A stretch of DNA of 63,397 nt, counting the filler, from Polymyxa betae A26-41 (Eukaryota > Protista > Endomyxa: Phytomyxea), in the NCBI GenBank assembly GCA_003693705.1. It is 5 parts of 5 records of this genome, joined end to end, with 100 filler letters (N's around TTAATTAATTAA, not from the genome) between each part and the next. Parts side by side here need not be neighbours in the genome. Positions count along the whole stretch, not along the records: positions 37,219 to 54,389 come from RBZT01000724.1; positions 54,490 to 58,705 come from RBZT01000910.1; positions 58,806 to 63,397 come from RBZT01000004.1; 2 more parts are not named here. The stretch is one strand, 5' to 3'. Below the pieces are notes generated by a model. That model was given only the letters and a program-made list of their open reading frames with translations. It was not told where the DNA came from and did no database searches. The number at the start of each line of letters is the position of its first letter. Within the stretch, counting starts at the first letter, position 1. Below are positions 51,035-63,397 of the stretch, piece by piece. Position numbers and translations under genes: made by a program.

Positions 51035-51142
51035 GCGGAATGGGTCAAAGGGTCAGAACGGCGTCCTTCGACTGGGGTGAAATCCAAAGCGGAATGGGTC
51101 ACTGGGTCAGTACGGCGTCCGTCGACTGGGGTGAAATCCAAA
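51035..51142. repeat. 2 x 54-bp tandem repeat upstream of the secreted gene
   Basis: Units 51035-51088 and 51089-51142 with few mismatches. Confidence 0.9.
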
Positions 51143-52117
51143 ATAGATGACGAAAAAGGATCGGATCTGGCATCCTAAACCCTTACTGATGACTATCGCC
51201 GGTTCAGGATGATCAGAAGAGCGTCGTCCCTCGGTTGTTATAGCTTGTGAAGCGATGGCTATATAGAGTTGATTGCGAGTGAACAGATCGTCTTGATTGT
51301 GGCGAATGACACGAATGCGGTTTGATGTCGCTCTCTGGTTATCCCTTCTTGCATATCAGGACGCCAGAGCTCCTGGATTCGATACTCGATTAAGAACAGA
51401 CTCCATCATGCCACCCAGCCTGACGATGACTTCATTCTATCGATGATATAACAGCAATGTAACCAATCACCGATATTCCAGTCGATGCCTCTGCAAAAAG
51501 GTCAGCAACGCTCTCTGGCATGTCACCAATGGATTTCCTCCAACTAGGATCTTCCTGGTTTCCGGTTGCGAACCGATTCTCTCAACCTATATGACAGTGA
51601 CAATGCCAGAAGACGCCTTTAGATGGTCGTAATTTGATCAAGTCTACCCGTTTTCTGTGAGGTTGAATTCTACCAGAAAATCCAGAAAAGGCTCGTCTGA
51701 CGGCTCTGCAAATATGGTTTTAAAAACAGCTGAAAGGAAATCTAGTCGCCTCTACTTCAACTCAAAGAAGGTTGAGCTGTTTCGTGATGATCGGGCTAAT
51801 GCAACTGATATCGCTGTAGTTCGTACATTACACGAACGTCGGTCCGTTTTAAAGCTCAGATGGTGTTAAACCGGAACTCAATTGACGATTTCGATTGCAA
51901 TTTGTCGCTACATCTATATCTTGAACCGCGTTTTAAAAACGCAGGCTTCTTGAGAGCGGGAGTCAGGCTAGCGGTCGTATTGAGTCGAAATGAAACTGAC
52001 AATCTCGAAGCAAACTAGTTTCACCAAAAGATGCCATCTATCAAGGATGCGAGATAGCACAGAAACTCTCTAAGAAAACAGCAATTTTGATAACTCTGGA
52101 ATAAATACAATTCAATA

Positions 52118-54371
52118 TTACAACTTTTCGACCCCGGAATCAGACTTAATGGAGAAGTCGTTTTTGGAATCGAAAGTCTCGCTCTTGCTTGAAGACGGCG
52201 ATTTCGATGTTGAAGGTGGGATCAGGTCGTGTGGATGACCGGAAGTCTCTCCATGTCGAAAGATATCTTCAAAAATCGATGTCACACTAGATGGAGCCTT
52301 GTCTACAGGAAGCAGATAGCCCTGCATATGTTTAGGCACATTCCCTAAGGCATTGCAGTAACTCTGAATCCAATCCGTACGGGAGGGGAAGAACCATTGA
52401 GCTCCCAAGGCATCCATTTCCCGGAACATACTGTGAGACCACCTGGCAAAAGATCGTCAGAAAAGATCGAGATAGCCGGCATTTGAACCGGTAAACAGGA
52501 GCAAGAGTGACAGCTTCAAACTTCAAAATTGTGAAAGACTTACACGCTCGTCTTGTCCAAAATACCACTTCCAGCAACATTAGCTTCCTTTATTCGATGC
52601 AAGAGAAACAATCGCATGGCATTAAGCACGTCGTTTCGTTCCAGATACCGGATCAATGCGTTTCGTGAATTGTGATGATTCCTAAATGGGGAGCTATTGA
52701 GACATGGCAATTGGCGGAATAAGAATGTAGAGATTATACTCAATAGGAAAAACCTGAAAAAATATTACTTTGGTGGGGAGCTGGAACTAGATCCATCATT
52801 GAGAAGAGAATCTCGACGATGCCTTGGCACTATCCTCTTGATAGTAACAGTCTCTTTTCCAACAAGAGATTCTAAGGGAAGTTTCTCATGGTAAAAATAC
52901 CTATCGATGGAATCAGTTATGGAATTTTGCAGGAACACAAGAGAACAAAAAAGCATAGGTAGGTACCATAGCAAATTATAGAAGAGAACCGGGTAAGAAG
53001 AGCGGAAGTGTTTTGGAGAAAAAGCATCTTTGGGTGCGGCCGCCACGGCCTTCTCGAGCCTCGTTCTCAAAACCAATGGTGATAGGTAAGGGAGGGACAA
53101 GGACTCTGTGAGCCCATTTAGTATAAAGTTTTTTAAGCCAGTAAAGTTTTGCATGCACGAAAAGGAGAATACGCATACCTTTTCTTTGATTGGTGAATGT
53201 TAAACGAATGCTCAGCTCTGGTTGAAAAGAAACGGATTGGCAGACAATACACCTGGATGTTTCTAAGTCAGAATCGTCACTCCATCCTGACATGATTTCG
53301 CTATCTGATAGCTGAGCATGTGAAATTAACTAAATGTTGAGGATCAAATAGTTTGGAAACCCACCCTTGAGTTGCATCCAGTACATATGGATACAGTTGA
53401 CATATAAACCAAGGACCAATCGACAAATTCAGTCGACAAGGGTTTTGCGGCCATCGAAAGATAGTCTAGGAGCAGGCTAGCTGCAGCTCCAGTTATTGAT
53501 GGCTTTTTAAAATCTTCAACAGCATGACGAGTATGCGGTGATATAGGCGCTTCTGTTACTGCTGCTGTGAACAAAGCATAGGTCACCTTATCCAGTATTA
53601 GCAGAGAATTGAAAGAATCAGTAAATTTCAACCTGAGTAGGTTGAATACCATTATCCTTCATTTGTTGCAAGACCATACGAGCAGATTCAGCATGGCTGA
53701 ATTTGGCACAAAGTTTCAATAACGAGCGATATGTCGATTCATCAGGATTTAAACCCGACCTGAATATAACTTCTTTCAGAATTTGGCAACGTTACAAATA
53801 CGACATTCATGTAAGAAGACATAGCCAGATTGACCATTGAAAGCAAATATCGAAACTTGTGATAAAACTGGAATCAGTAATTGAGACCGACTTTTCTGTT
53901 CGTCTTAGAATATCGAAAGCACCATCAACGATGGTACCATCAATTGATGCATCCCAGTCAACAGACAATGACTGCAAAAGGAACCAGGCACTGTACACCA
54001 ACATTAGAAGATGCCTAGCCCACTCGATGTTGGATTGGAAAGAGGACGAAAGACACTCCAAAGAGCGCCTGTGTAAGAATAACGCATTGGTCACTGGCTT
54101 CGATTGGAAAAATGCCTAAGCAATCGTCAACATCCATAGTTTCGTAAAACAAACACACTGAAGCAAAACTAAAAGCGATAAATTGATAATTAAAAAAAAT
54201 CAGCACCTGTTTAAAAGATGCATCCAAATCATCTTGGGAATCATCACATCTCCTGAAATTTTCTGCGACAATGGGGCGCGGTTCGTACAGAAACGATTCA
54301 TTCAGAATGGGAAATGATGGGTATGGAGTGAACATCTCTGTTTCTGGAAAGATCCATTCAATAAAAGACAA
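52118..54371 (-). CDS. DENND4-like protein, 3' part (5' end lost at the gap)
   Basis: IMSGWSDDSDLETSRCIVC, LPYLSPLVLRTRLE and YPVLFYNLLWY match DENND4 C-terminal motifs. Confidence 0.75.
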
Positions 54372-54389
54372 TGAGCAGCGTAAAGAACG

Positions 54390-54489
54390 NNNNNNNNNNN
54401 NNNNNNNNNNNNNNNNNNNNNNNNNNNNNNNNNTTAATTAATTAANNNNNNNNNNNNNNNNNNNNNNNNNNNNNNNNNNNNNNNNNNNN
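54390..54489. other. Artificial contig linker
   Basis: N run with TTAATTAATTAA. Confidence 0.99.
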
Positions 54490-55027
54490 TCCTATTGCCC
54501 GATCGCGCACGAAGAAAGTCCGTAGCGGACTCTCAGAAGCCCGCCAGAATCAAATCGAGTTTTCCAACGGCATTTGCGTGTTGCGCTTTGATGTTGGTCG
54601 GCAGGTTTGGTGCGGATTTGATGGAGCAGAGAAGGCTGGCGCTTGGCCAAGACTCAGCTAGGGTTTTAGGGTTCTCTTTCGCAGGCAATATTCGGCAGTT
54701 GTCGCGTCAAAAGTCGTGATGTGAATCATGTGATGGAAAACCCTGTATTCTGAACTTCTCGAGGAAATCGACAACGAGTTTCCAAAGGCACTAAAACGCT
54801 TGTTCTAGATATCTCTGAATATACGAAATGGAAGCCATTCTACGCAAGGACAAAAAGGTCCAAACTGATTTCCAGTACGTACTTTTTGGGAAGAAAACTT
54901 TCTAAAAAAAAATAAAATAGTTTCATTATATTCCTTTCGGATTTGAGTCGGAATAAATAGTTCGTTATCAGGAATAGTCCATTACGAACAGATGATTATT
55001 CGCAATCGCAGGTCGATGGGATCTTCT

Positions 55028-56674
55028 CTATTCGCGCCGCAGCAGGACTATGGTAGAGGATTTCGCCGTAGATGGGGATCGTTGGCTTTCCAATGCAGGT
55101 GTCACCTGATTCTGCTTCGGAATGCGATCGCGATAATCGCCATCTTTGCTGCGCGGCTTCAGCATGAGAATCGAGAGCGTCGACTTGATCGCCATACTGA
55201 TGCTGCCAATCGCCATCAACAGATTCATGTACGTTAAATCGCTGCTTTCCATCAACACCATCACCATATAGATAAAGATATAGAAATACAGCAGCGTGAT
55301 GATGGACGACAAGACGACCAGACGTCGCAGGCGCTGGACGAACATCCTCGATGACGAGGCGGCGTTGGAAACGCCCTTCATGATACGAATCTGGAACATG
55401 CAGATGCTGATGATGAAGTACAGCCAGACCATCATCAATAGAAACAGAATGACGCCGAAGAACACGAACTTAACATTGATGCCGGCGAACGTCTCTTGAA
55501 GCGTGACCATCATATAGGTCGCGTACACTTCCGTGACCAACGCGAAGACAGTGAACACCGACGCCGCGATTCCGCTGAACAGAAACGATTTCGCCGAAAC
55601 GTCCGCTTTAGAAATCACCTGATGCCAGAACCGTGCTGTAATGATCGAGATGGCGTTCTCCCAGCCCATCAATCCGTTCGAAAAGGCGTACTGGACCTCG
55701 TACGACACGGCCGGGTCCGTCCCGGATCCGCTGATAGCGGTGAACAGACCCATGATGAGATTCCGGACGAGGGCGATCAGCAGCGCCACGTGGACCAACG
55801 TGATCGAGCGTAGAAACGGGGCCGGACGCCGGATCACACGAACATGGCCGTACAGGAATCGGGCGGCCAGAGCGAACGAGATGAAGTTGATGAGGGCGGG
55901 AATCCAGCGGATCAGGATCTGATACCACCAGGTCCGGCGCTCGACGATCTTCGGGTCGACGTCGGCGCGGACGAACACGATCGCTCCGGACTCCAGGACG
56001 CGGTCGTCGTTCCCGATCTGGTTCAGGATCAGCTGGACCAAGACGACGTTGTTGTTGCGGTCGGTCCGATGATCGTACTGGCTCTTGACGAAATAGAAAT
56101 CGCCGATACTGAACGGCGCGGCTCCTATCAACACGGCCTGTCAATCGCAACGTCCACAACGTTCAGCTGGAAAAATTCAACAAAATTCGAAAACGAAATC
56201 TGCCTGACTGAAAATAGTGAAGCCTCAAGAATCTGTTAAAGAAAGATATCGAAATCAATCAGAATCAGATTTGACGATCAGATCAAGTGAGCTGCTGGAA
56301 GCCAGAAAAAGAAAAAAACTAAACCCTAAACTCTTACGGATAATTGCTGTAGCATTTCGATCAGCAAATTTATCGTACGCAATAAAGTACGGACACGTGA
56401 TAGGCTGCTGAATGTACACAACCATGCCGGTAAAATCATCGGGAATGGCGACGTTCGGATCACACGAGTCGCCTTCAAATCTGTAAAGCGGGCCATGGAC
56501 CATGACGTTCGGAGCATCGGGGCCGTAATTGATGGTTGTTACGCCCAGGAACTGATTCCATGAATACGCCGGGAGGCGAATCTCGGACGTATTCGTTGGG
56601 ATGATCACAACGGCCGCAATGCGCAGCGGGAAGACGGCCAGCAGAGCCACACAATGAGACAGCCCGACTCGCAT
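55028..56674 (-). CDS. Signal peptide + PA-like ectodomain + 7TM receptor-like protein
   Basis: N-terminal hydrophobic signal, GDSCDP..FTGMVVYIQ..TCPY..NATAII (PA-like), and seven hydrophobic helices in the second exon. Confidence 0.7.
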
Positions 56675-58705
56675 CGGCAGTCGGTTTGGCCCTGTTCAGT
56701 GTGAATTGGGATTCGTTCTGCTTATCGTGTATCGTACGGTACCATGTAAATGATACCAGACATGAAATCGGAAACTGTGTTCGAAGATCATGTTGGATCG
56801 TCAAGTACCGTGAGATTGATATCTGCATCGAAATCGCGATCTAAGTCAATGCGGCATTTCGTGCGGAAACCCAGAAGAAGCCGCTGAATCCTGAACACAA
56901 TGCTGAACAACTTGAAATCAACACAGCGATGATATCAACAAATGAAAGAGACTACGGTATAGGAAGCTCTAGACGTGATTGGTTGAAAGCGGACACGGCT
57001 GAAACCAAATGCCAATCCTGACGCAAGGACGTGCGCGAGGCGTCCCGAAACCGTTTTCGAGCAGTACTTCAAGTATGGATTGGATTGGATTATTCTAAAT
57101 CGATGATTTTGGTCAACAGGCGGCGCTCTATCCGAAACGCAAGGCTGATAGTACTCAGGCGTCTGGCCATAATATCTACTACAAGTATAATGGCCTGGAT
57201 CAAAGCTCAGAGAAGTGCCTAATTCGATAGTACCAGACGCTTAAGTATTCGTCCAAGTATGATGTCTCTTTGGTCTCGGGCGATGAGCGCGCTTTCAAGG
57301 TGGCGTCTTCCTGTCTTGGTTGCTATTCATGCTTTTTGCCTTTGTTAGTCTGTCTTTAAGGCTGTTATCTGCGTTCTGATGTGTCTGTTTATACACGAAC
57401 GGTTTGATCAATGTTATCAATCAAGGAGAAGGTTTGGGGGAGGGCGGTCTTATGGCAATGAGATTGTCTCAACTCCATCCATCCCCCTGTTTAATGTGTG
57501 AGAATCTATTTTTGCGTCATCCAAGATGCCGCGAGCGCGGCCATTAGCAATGCGATATGCAGCTAACCGTATCTCAATACAGAGCCAAATTTCTATTCAT
57601 TGTGACTGATAAAATTCAAAATCTGAAACTTTTTAGCGTGTTAGTTAGAGAATGATGCTCATGAGCCTAATTCGGCTGCGAATCGAGCGCCTCAAACCTG
57701 ATGCATCAGAATTGGAGACCTGATGTTCCAATTCTGAAAGCAGCTGTCCAGGCGGCTCTTCATCGTCGTCAGGCTTCATTTTCCCCTTAATTAGCCATCA
57801 TCAGAGTTTACAAGCTCTATCTGGATATAGAGATTGATAACGGCCTGAGTCGCAGTCATCAGATCGGCCCCAGCGCCAACTCTTAAGAAAAGTTTTTTCT
57901 ATCAGCAAAGAAACCATGCTTTCTACATGTTAAAAATATATCATGTTTTTTTGAAATTCGGATTCGTTTGTATCAAATGCGCGAAGTCTGGAGGGCCTCT
58001 CCACCCTTGGAGAAGCAGCTCTGGATCAGGAGCGGAAACCAGAAATTCCAATGCTGCGACCTCGTCAACACCGAATGGCCGCATCGAAGCTTCCATCCTG
58101 TCGTCATGCTCTTTAAGACGGACGTTTTGCTGCAATCAGATGGTTGTAACTCGATCTGGTGGCTACTATCGGTGTCGGTCCTCGTCTCAATCGGGAAATC
58201 GCAACGAAAGCCATCATCAAAGAGATGACGATCCCTGCTAATCTAACCCTAAAACCCTACCAAATTACAATAACAGAATAGTTTGAAACATATCTGAAAG
58301 TAGAAGTGAAATTTGGTGTATTGATAGAATGTGACGAATACGATTATGATACCCAGTTCTGTTACGTCTCTCTCACCTGGACTCCGCCCTGTAACGTAAA
58401 GCCTGGTAGAATCTCTTAATTTTTATGTCCGGCTGCCAATTCTCCCTCCAGAATTTGTTCGTCTCTGACTGAAAGAGAAAGTTTCCCGATAACCCTTCAC
58501 GGACTACTCGAAATGGTCACGCAAAAACACTCCATCTCGGTTGATCTATCTCGCCAGCACGATGTCGATTTGTCGCGTTATGATCTTGGCCGTGGCGATC
58601 ATGTCGACCACTCTGGGCACAGCACTAGTTCGAAACGGAGCGATGAAGCTCCTGGAAGCTGCGCCATCCGACTTTCTTGAATTGGAGGCCCAGCCATCCG
58701 ACTTT

Positions 58706-58805
58706 NNNNNNNNNNNNNNNNNNNNNNNNNNNNNNNNNNNNNNNNNNNNTTAATTAATTAANNNNNNNNNNNNNNNNNNNNNNNNNNNNNNNNNNNNNNN
58801 NNNNN
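58706..58805. other. Artificial contig linker
   Basis: N run with TTAATTAATTAA. Confidence 0.99.
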
Positions 58806-59742
58806 CGACGACTATGAAGGAGTTCGCCAAAAGGTGTAATATGAAACAGCATATCACCACGGCATATGGACACTACAATAATGGCACTATTGAGGTGATC
58901 AATAAAATTTATTTAGCACTAATAAGAGCCCTATTTTCCGAACTCAGATGGGAGAAGGAATACTGGCCATGGCTGAACCGTAACGTTGAGCACACTATAA
59001 ACCACAGAGGACAGAATCGTCTGAATGGTAATGCGCCAGTAACAGTGATGACAGGATTGAAACCTGACAATCCACTTGATGAAATTTTCAAGAATCCCAG
59101 TACGACGGAATTTTACAAAAATTGGGTTGACAAGGCTAGCATTCAGATGAAAATTGAAGAATTGCGGGACGTGCTAGACAACATGCATAAGGCAGTTTCT
59201 AAGACATCCGCAAAGCAGAGGACATTGAAGAAAACAAACCAGAAGAAATAGAAGAGAACCAAACTTTGGAATAGGAGACTATGTCTTGGTAGGCCTACCG
59301 GAACCGGCAAAGATGACCGGACGAAAGTTATTCCTAAAATGACGTGGTCCATACCGGATCACTGATACTGAAGATAATTACGTGTTCGAAGTGGAGAATA
59401 TCATCGATCACTGTAGAAGCAGGGTCCATGGTGACCGGATTCAGTTATATGCTGATTCCAAACTTAATGTTACAGACGAAATAAAGAAGCAGTTCGCACA
59501 TGACAATGAATCGTATCAAGTGAGCGATTTCATTGACTGCAGACCCAATCCTGAGACTGGACAGCTGGAGTTGAATGGAAAGGATTCACGAAAGAAGAAA
59601 ATTCATGGGAACCCCTGAAGAACCTGTTTGAAGACGTCCCTGAATTAGTGAAGAAATATTTGAAGAAACTGCGCGACGAAAAAAGTGCGCTCGCAGAATG
59701 TGTAGAAGACAGTATTAGAAGCCTTATTCAAAAGTCAAACTG
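58806..59742 (+). pseudogene. Ty3/Gypsy integrase C-terminus + chromodomain relic
   Basis: HITTAYGHYNNGTIE..N, RGPYRI and W.GF..EENSWEPL..LFEDVP. Frameshifted. Confidence 0.85.
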
Positions 59743-59901
59743 AAAATCTACTATTGTTTTCAAGCTTTTATCCCAATGGGTTTTAATGCTGAAACTATAG
59801 CAAATGATCAGTAAGTACGATTTTTTAGATGACATGATGAAATGTATTTAGAAAAATTATGAATTATTTATAAATAAATGAGGATACTGATGACTGATGA
59901 C

Positions 59902-62404
59902 CAGGCCTCTACATACAAGGCAATCTATTTATATCTAGATGCCTTAAATGCCGTTTTTTCACTTCGATGGGGATGCCGTTTTTTAAAAAATATTTTTTTC
60001 AGTTTTTGAATTAATATGAGAAATTTTCGCTGTTCCGCAGTCCGTAGATCCCTCTCTGTAGAACTGCAGCTCAAATCGACCTGGAATTTGCTGACATCGA
60101 CGATCTATGCCTTCCCTTCATGAAAATCCTGAGGCAGGAACAGAAGCCGGCTTTCAAGAACCTGCTGCAAAAAGGGCTCGTAAAGGCTCTGCTGGATCGC
60201 GGTTAACTCCTTTTCAGAAAAAACACTTGGTAGAGTATGGATTAGCTATTTCAGCGAGAGATCCTTTGTCATCTGCTGTCGTTGCTGTGCGTTGCCGATT
60301 TTGTATATCGTTTGGGCGAGAAGCGAACTCCAAGAGTACATCCAGCTGTTGGACCTTTGAAGGTCCGCTCTTCACGCCGGAGAACTATCGTCAACACCAC
60401 TTGAAGAACCATCCAACCAAATGGAAGGAGTACAAGTCGAGTTCAAAGGAAGAAATTGAATCATTCTTTGACGTTTCTGAAAGCGAAAAGCATGCGAACA
60501 AACTCGAGGCGTATTTGGAGCCACGATCTTCCACGCTGCGATTCCAATTCAACAAGAAAATTGTCGATGTGATCATTTCGGACATGCTTTTACCGCCAAA
60601 CGCTCAGGAATCTACGTCTTTGTTTGTTTTTGATGCCAACCACGAAGTATATACTGTGGAAGTGAACCAAGTCAAACAATTCGAGCTAGCTGTGCGTTTT
60701 GTTGGGCATGGAATGTCTTTCAGAATGCCGCCGCAGCAATCCAAGACGCCAAGCAAATACTTACTGTTCCTAAGCTGGGCTTTTGCAACGAGCTCCATGT
60801 TGCGAAATATGTCCGCATTGCTTGCGCCGCCCCGTTTCAAGCAATTATGGACGCTTTAACTACATGCTGGGCGTTTTCTGTTGCATTTGACGGCTCCACA
60901 GATATTCACGGGACCTCGTTCATCGATGTTAGGGTTCGGTTCTTTCAAGCCGCTAAGATTCATAATCTTCATGTGATTGCAGTTCCTTTTGAAGGACGTC
61001 ATAGTGGGGCGGCAATGTTCGAGATGTTCACCAAATTGTTTCCGGCGTTTTGTCCGGATTGGCCTAGCAAACTCATTGGCTGTTCAACAGATGGAGCTGC
61101 GAACATGACTGGTAGCATTTCTGGTGTCGTTACACGCATCCAGCAGGAAGTCACGAATCCAGGCTTCATCCGGGTCTGGTGCTTATTACATCACATTGAC
61201 ATTGTCTTGCAGAAGGCATTCAAGTCTATCGATGAGGGCCGATATTTGGAGACCCTAACCAGCCTGGTCTCGCATCTTCGGAAGCAGACGCTTTTCTGCG
61301 ATAAAATCCAGGCGGTGTGTCCCCTGTTATCTGCCACCCGTTGGGTGTCAATGAGCCGTGTTTCCCGTTTTTTGCTTGAACATCGAGCAGATATCTTCGA
61401 CCATTTTGACAGGATTGAGGAAGAAGGAGGTGATTCAATACGTTTTAGACCCGACGCAAAATGGTGGATTCTTCTCGCTGCGGTTGCCGATATCTCCACT
61501 CAGGTCAACCTTGTCGTGCAGAAGCTTCAAGGCAAAACAGTGACGCTTTCAACCCAAACGCATGAAGTCGATCCGTTGATTGCTAACCTGAAAAGATGCG
61601 CCTTTGTTGAAGGGCCCTTGAACAGTCCGTTGAAACAAATGAGCGGGCATTTGATTTCATAATTGGCTGTTGGGGATTCTCGAAAGAGGAGCTTTCTGGA
61701 TTTCTCAAAGACCAAGGAATCTTTGTGTTTCAGTCACTTCAACAGTTGGGCAATTTGGATGCGGTCAACGTGTGCCAGTTAGTGGCAGAATTCCTTTCGT
61801 TCATTCTGGAAGGGCTGGTAAAAGTATCTGCAGTTCGAGGAGAAGCCGCTGATTACATTCATCCGCCAACGTTACGTCAAGAGATTGTTGCACTAAAGCC
61901 TCGCGATGTGACTAAACTCGTCATGTCGTACCACTCTCGACTTATGCATTCTTGGGACGCCTCCAAGATCGATCGGATTGTTGAGCAGCATAAATTGCTC
62001 ATAGAGGCCAACAGACTGGAACCTCGTCTGCTCGGTGCACTTGTGAAACTTGGTGCAAACTCCGACTTTCAGGAAGCTTGGGCTATTCCTGGACTGAAAG
62101 ATCGTTTCCCGGAGTTAGTTGAGTTATTTGGAGGCTTGGCTTGTCCGTTTCCGAACACTGCAACAGTCGAATCGGACTTCTCGGTCTTGAAATGGGAAAA
62201 GGATGCTCATCGAAGTGCCCTGAGCAATTTTTCGCTCGAAGGAATCCTTCATTGTCGTCAATTCGTTGCCAATTCAAAATAAAAGCCCCGCATTGTTGGA
62301 GTTTATGTAATTTTGCCTTATATGCCTTATATTGATCCTATCCGATGCCGTTTTTTTTATCGAAAATCGGCATATTCGGCATTGGCCTTATATGTAGAGG
62401 CCTG
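59902..62404 (+). mobile_element. hAT-family DNA transposon with frameshifted transposase (60107-62282)
   Basis: TIRs caggcctctacata / tatgtagaggcctg, 8-bp TSD ctgatgac (59894-59901, 62405-62412), motifs FDGSTD, STDGAANM, WCLLH, TRW and VESDFS. Confidence 0.93.
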
Positions 62405-62636
62405 CTGATGACAGATGATTATTGATGAAACTCGATGATAGCTCTACGATGACTTACAATATAGATGAATTTTATGACGAACTTGATGATCGGATCTGAT
62501 AATGATGACCTTTGGATGAAGATGAAAACGATGACAAGTGAAGACCTAATGAACTATGATAACGACCAGTCATGAAACCCTAAAACCCTATATACAAGAA
62601 AGATACTAAAGACTATCGAGATTTTGAGGAGGGGAG

Positions 62637-62849
62637 TGTAGCAAATTATTACTTTAATATAAGAAAATACAAGAATAGTTTGCAAGTTTTCAAGCTACGA
62701 CTAAGCTGTGCTAAGATTCGCCCGCGGAGTCCTACGGACACCGTGACGGCCTTTGGGTCCTGGAAGTTCCCATGATAGAAATACAGATTCATTATTGATT
62801 TTACCTTCATTCCCGTGTATCTGATCGTAGAATCGAGACGATTGCTACA
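62637..62849 (+). repeat. 3' LTR of the Gypsy element whose integrase lies at 58806-59742
   Basis: PPT gaggaggggag immediately before tgtagcaa..ttgctaca termini. Confidence 0.8.
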
Positions 62850-63397
62850 GACTGTCTTAGTTCAGATTGGACATGATTGCACAGTCCCAGCTATTTTAGA
62901 CAGTGGTGCTAATCAAGTCTCGCTTATTCCTAAGCAGATTGTAGACAAGATTGTTGACTCTGGCTACAGTGAGCCCGAAAGGTTGAATAAACCTATCTGG
63001 ATCAAGCTAGGTGATAGTCAAAGCACCATTGAGGCTTTTGAGGCTTTAAGAGTAGATCTTAAGATTTGCACTAAGAAGGGTTATGTGCCGATTCAAGGAC
63101 ACAGATTTTTAGTGTGGGATGTCCCAGGAGAAGAGATTATCTTGGGTAGTGGCATTCTGCAGCTATTAGGAATCGACCCTTACAGTGCATTGGATGTCTT
63201 AATATCAAAGCCTAGAGATAGCCATGAATTTACGCTTGATGGCGCAGAGGAGGAGAGAGTCAGATTGAGCTTGGATAGAACCATAGGTCATGCTATTGGT
63301 GCTGGTCTAGAGGTTTTATGGGTTGATAAGTTACGGAATCTTCTGTATAAGTATATCAACACATTTAGGGTGAAAATGGGAGCAGATTTACCAGCGA
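62850..63397 (+). mobile_element. Protease-to-RT linker region of another Gypsy element (insertion target)
   Basis: PAILDSGAN, EIILG..LQLLGIDP and FRVKMGADLPA in one open frame. Confidence 0.8.

Noticed and set aside
57152-57247. Short imperfect inverted repeat, possible tiny MITE
   Set aside because: Only 15 bp with two mismatches, no TSD and a single copy.
1-63397. CRISPR arrays, rRNA or prokaryotic operons
   Set aside because: No repeat-spacer array or rRNA-like sequence seen, and the genes have spliceosomal introns.

Overview
Eukaryotic nuclear DNA, gene-dense with short GT-AG introns and TTTTAGGG-like telo-box motifs. It is probably a zoosporic protist such as a plasmodiophorid (inference only). 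The window is five contigs joined by artificial N..TTAATTAATTAA..N linkers, so adjacency across the gaps is not evidence. Bases 1-22 kb hold host genes: COQ7, an F-box protein, a WDR81-like BEACH protein, a plant-type MUT9/MLK-like casein kinase, coronin-7, an MFS transporter and a PGPG-repeat flagellar-type protein. Bases 22-46 kb and 58-63 kb are an accessory zone rich in transposons. It includes a Crinkler-like NTPase-REase gene split by three nested insertions (a 286-bp repeat, a young chromovirus and a 252-bp TGT..ACA foldback element), Helitron, pogo, Tc1-like and hAT relics, and a phage/giant-virus-type HNH endonuclease relic. The most notable locus is an endogenous CRESS-DNA (circovirus-like) element at about 43.5-45.0 kb. 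It has a HUH Rep, hairpin and iteron intergenic DNA, a divergent ORF, an accessory ORF with a C-terminal F-box-like motif, and a 78-bp restart of Rep. It sits inside a three-copy array of small two-exon genes for signal-peptide proteins that the ORF track shows only in fragments. Bases 46-57 kb hold glutaredoxin, a large secreted orphan, a DENND4-like gene and a PA-domain 7TM receptor-like gene.
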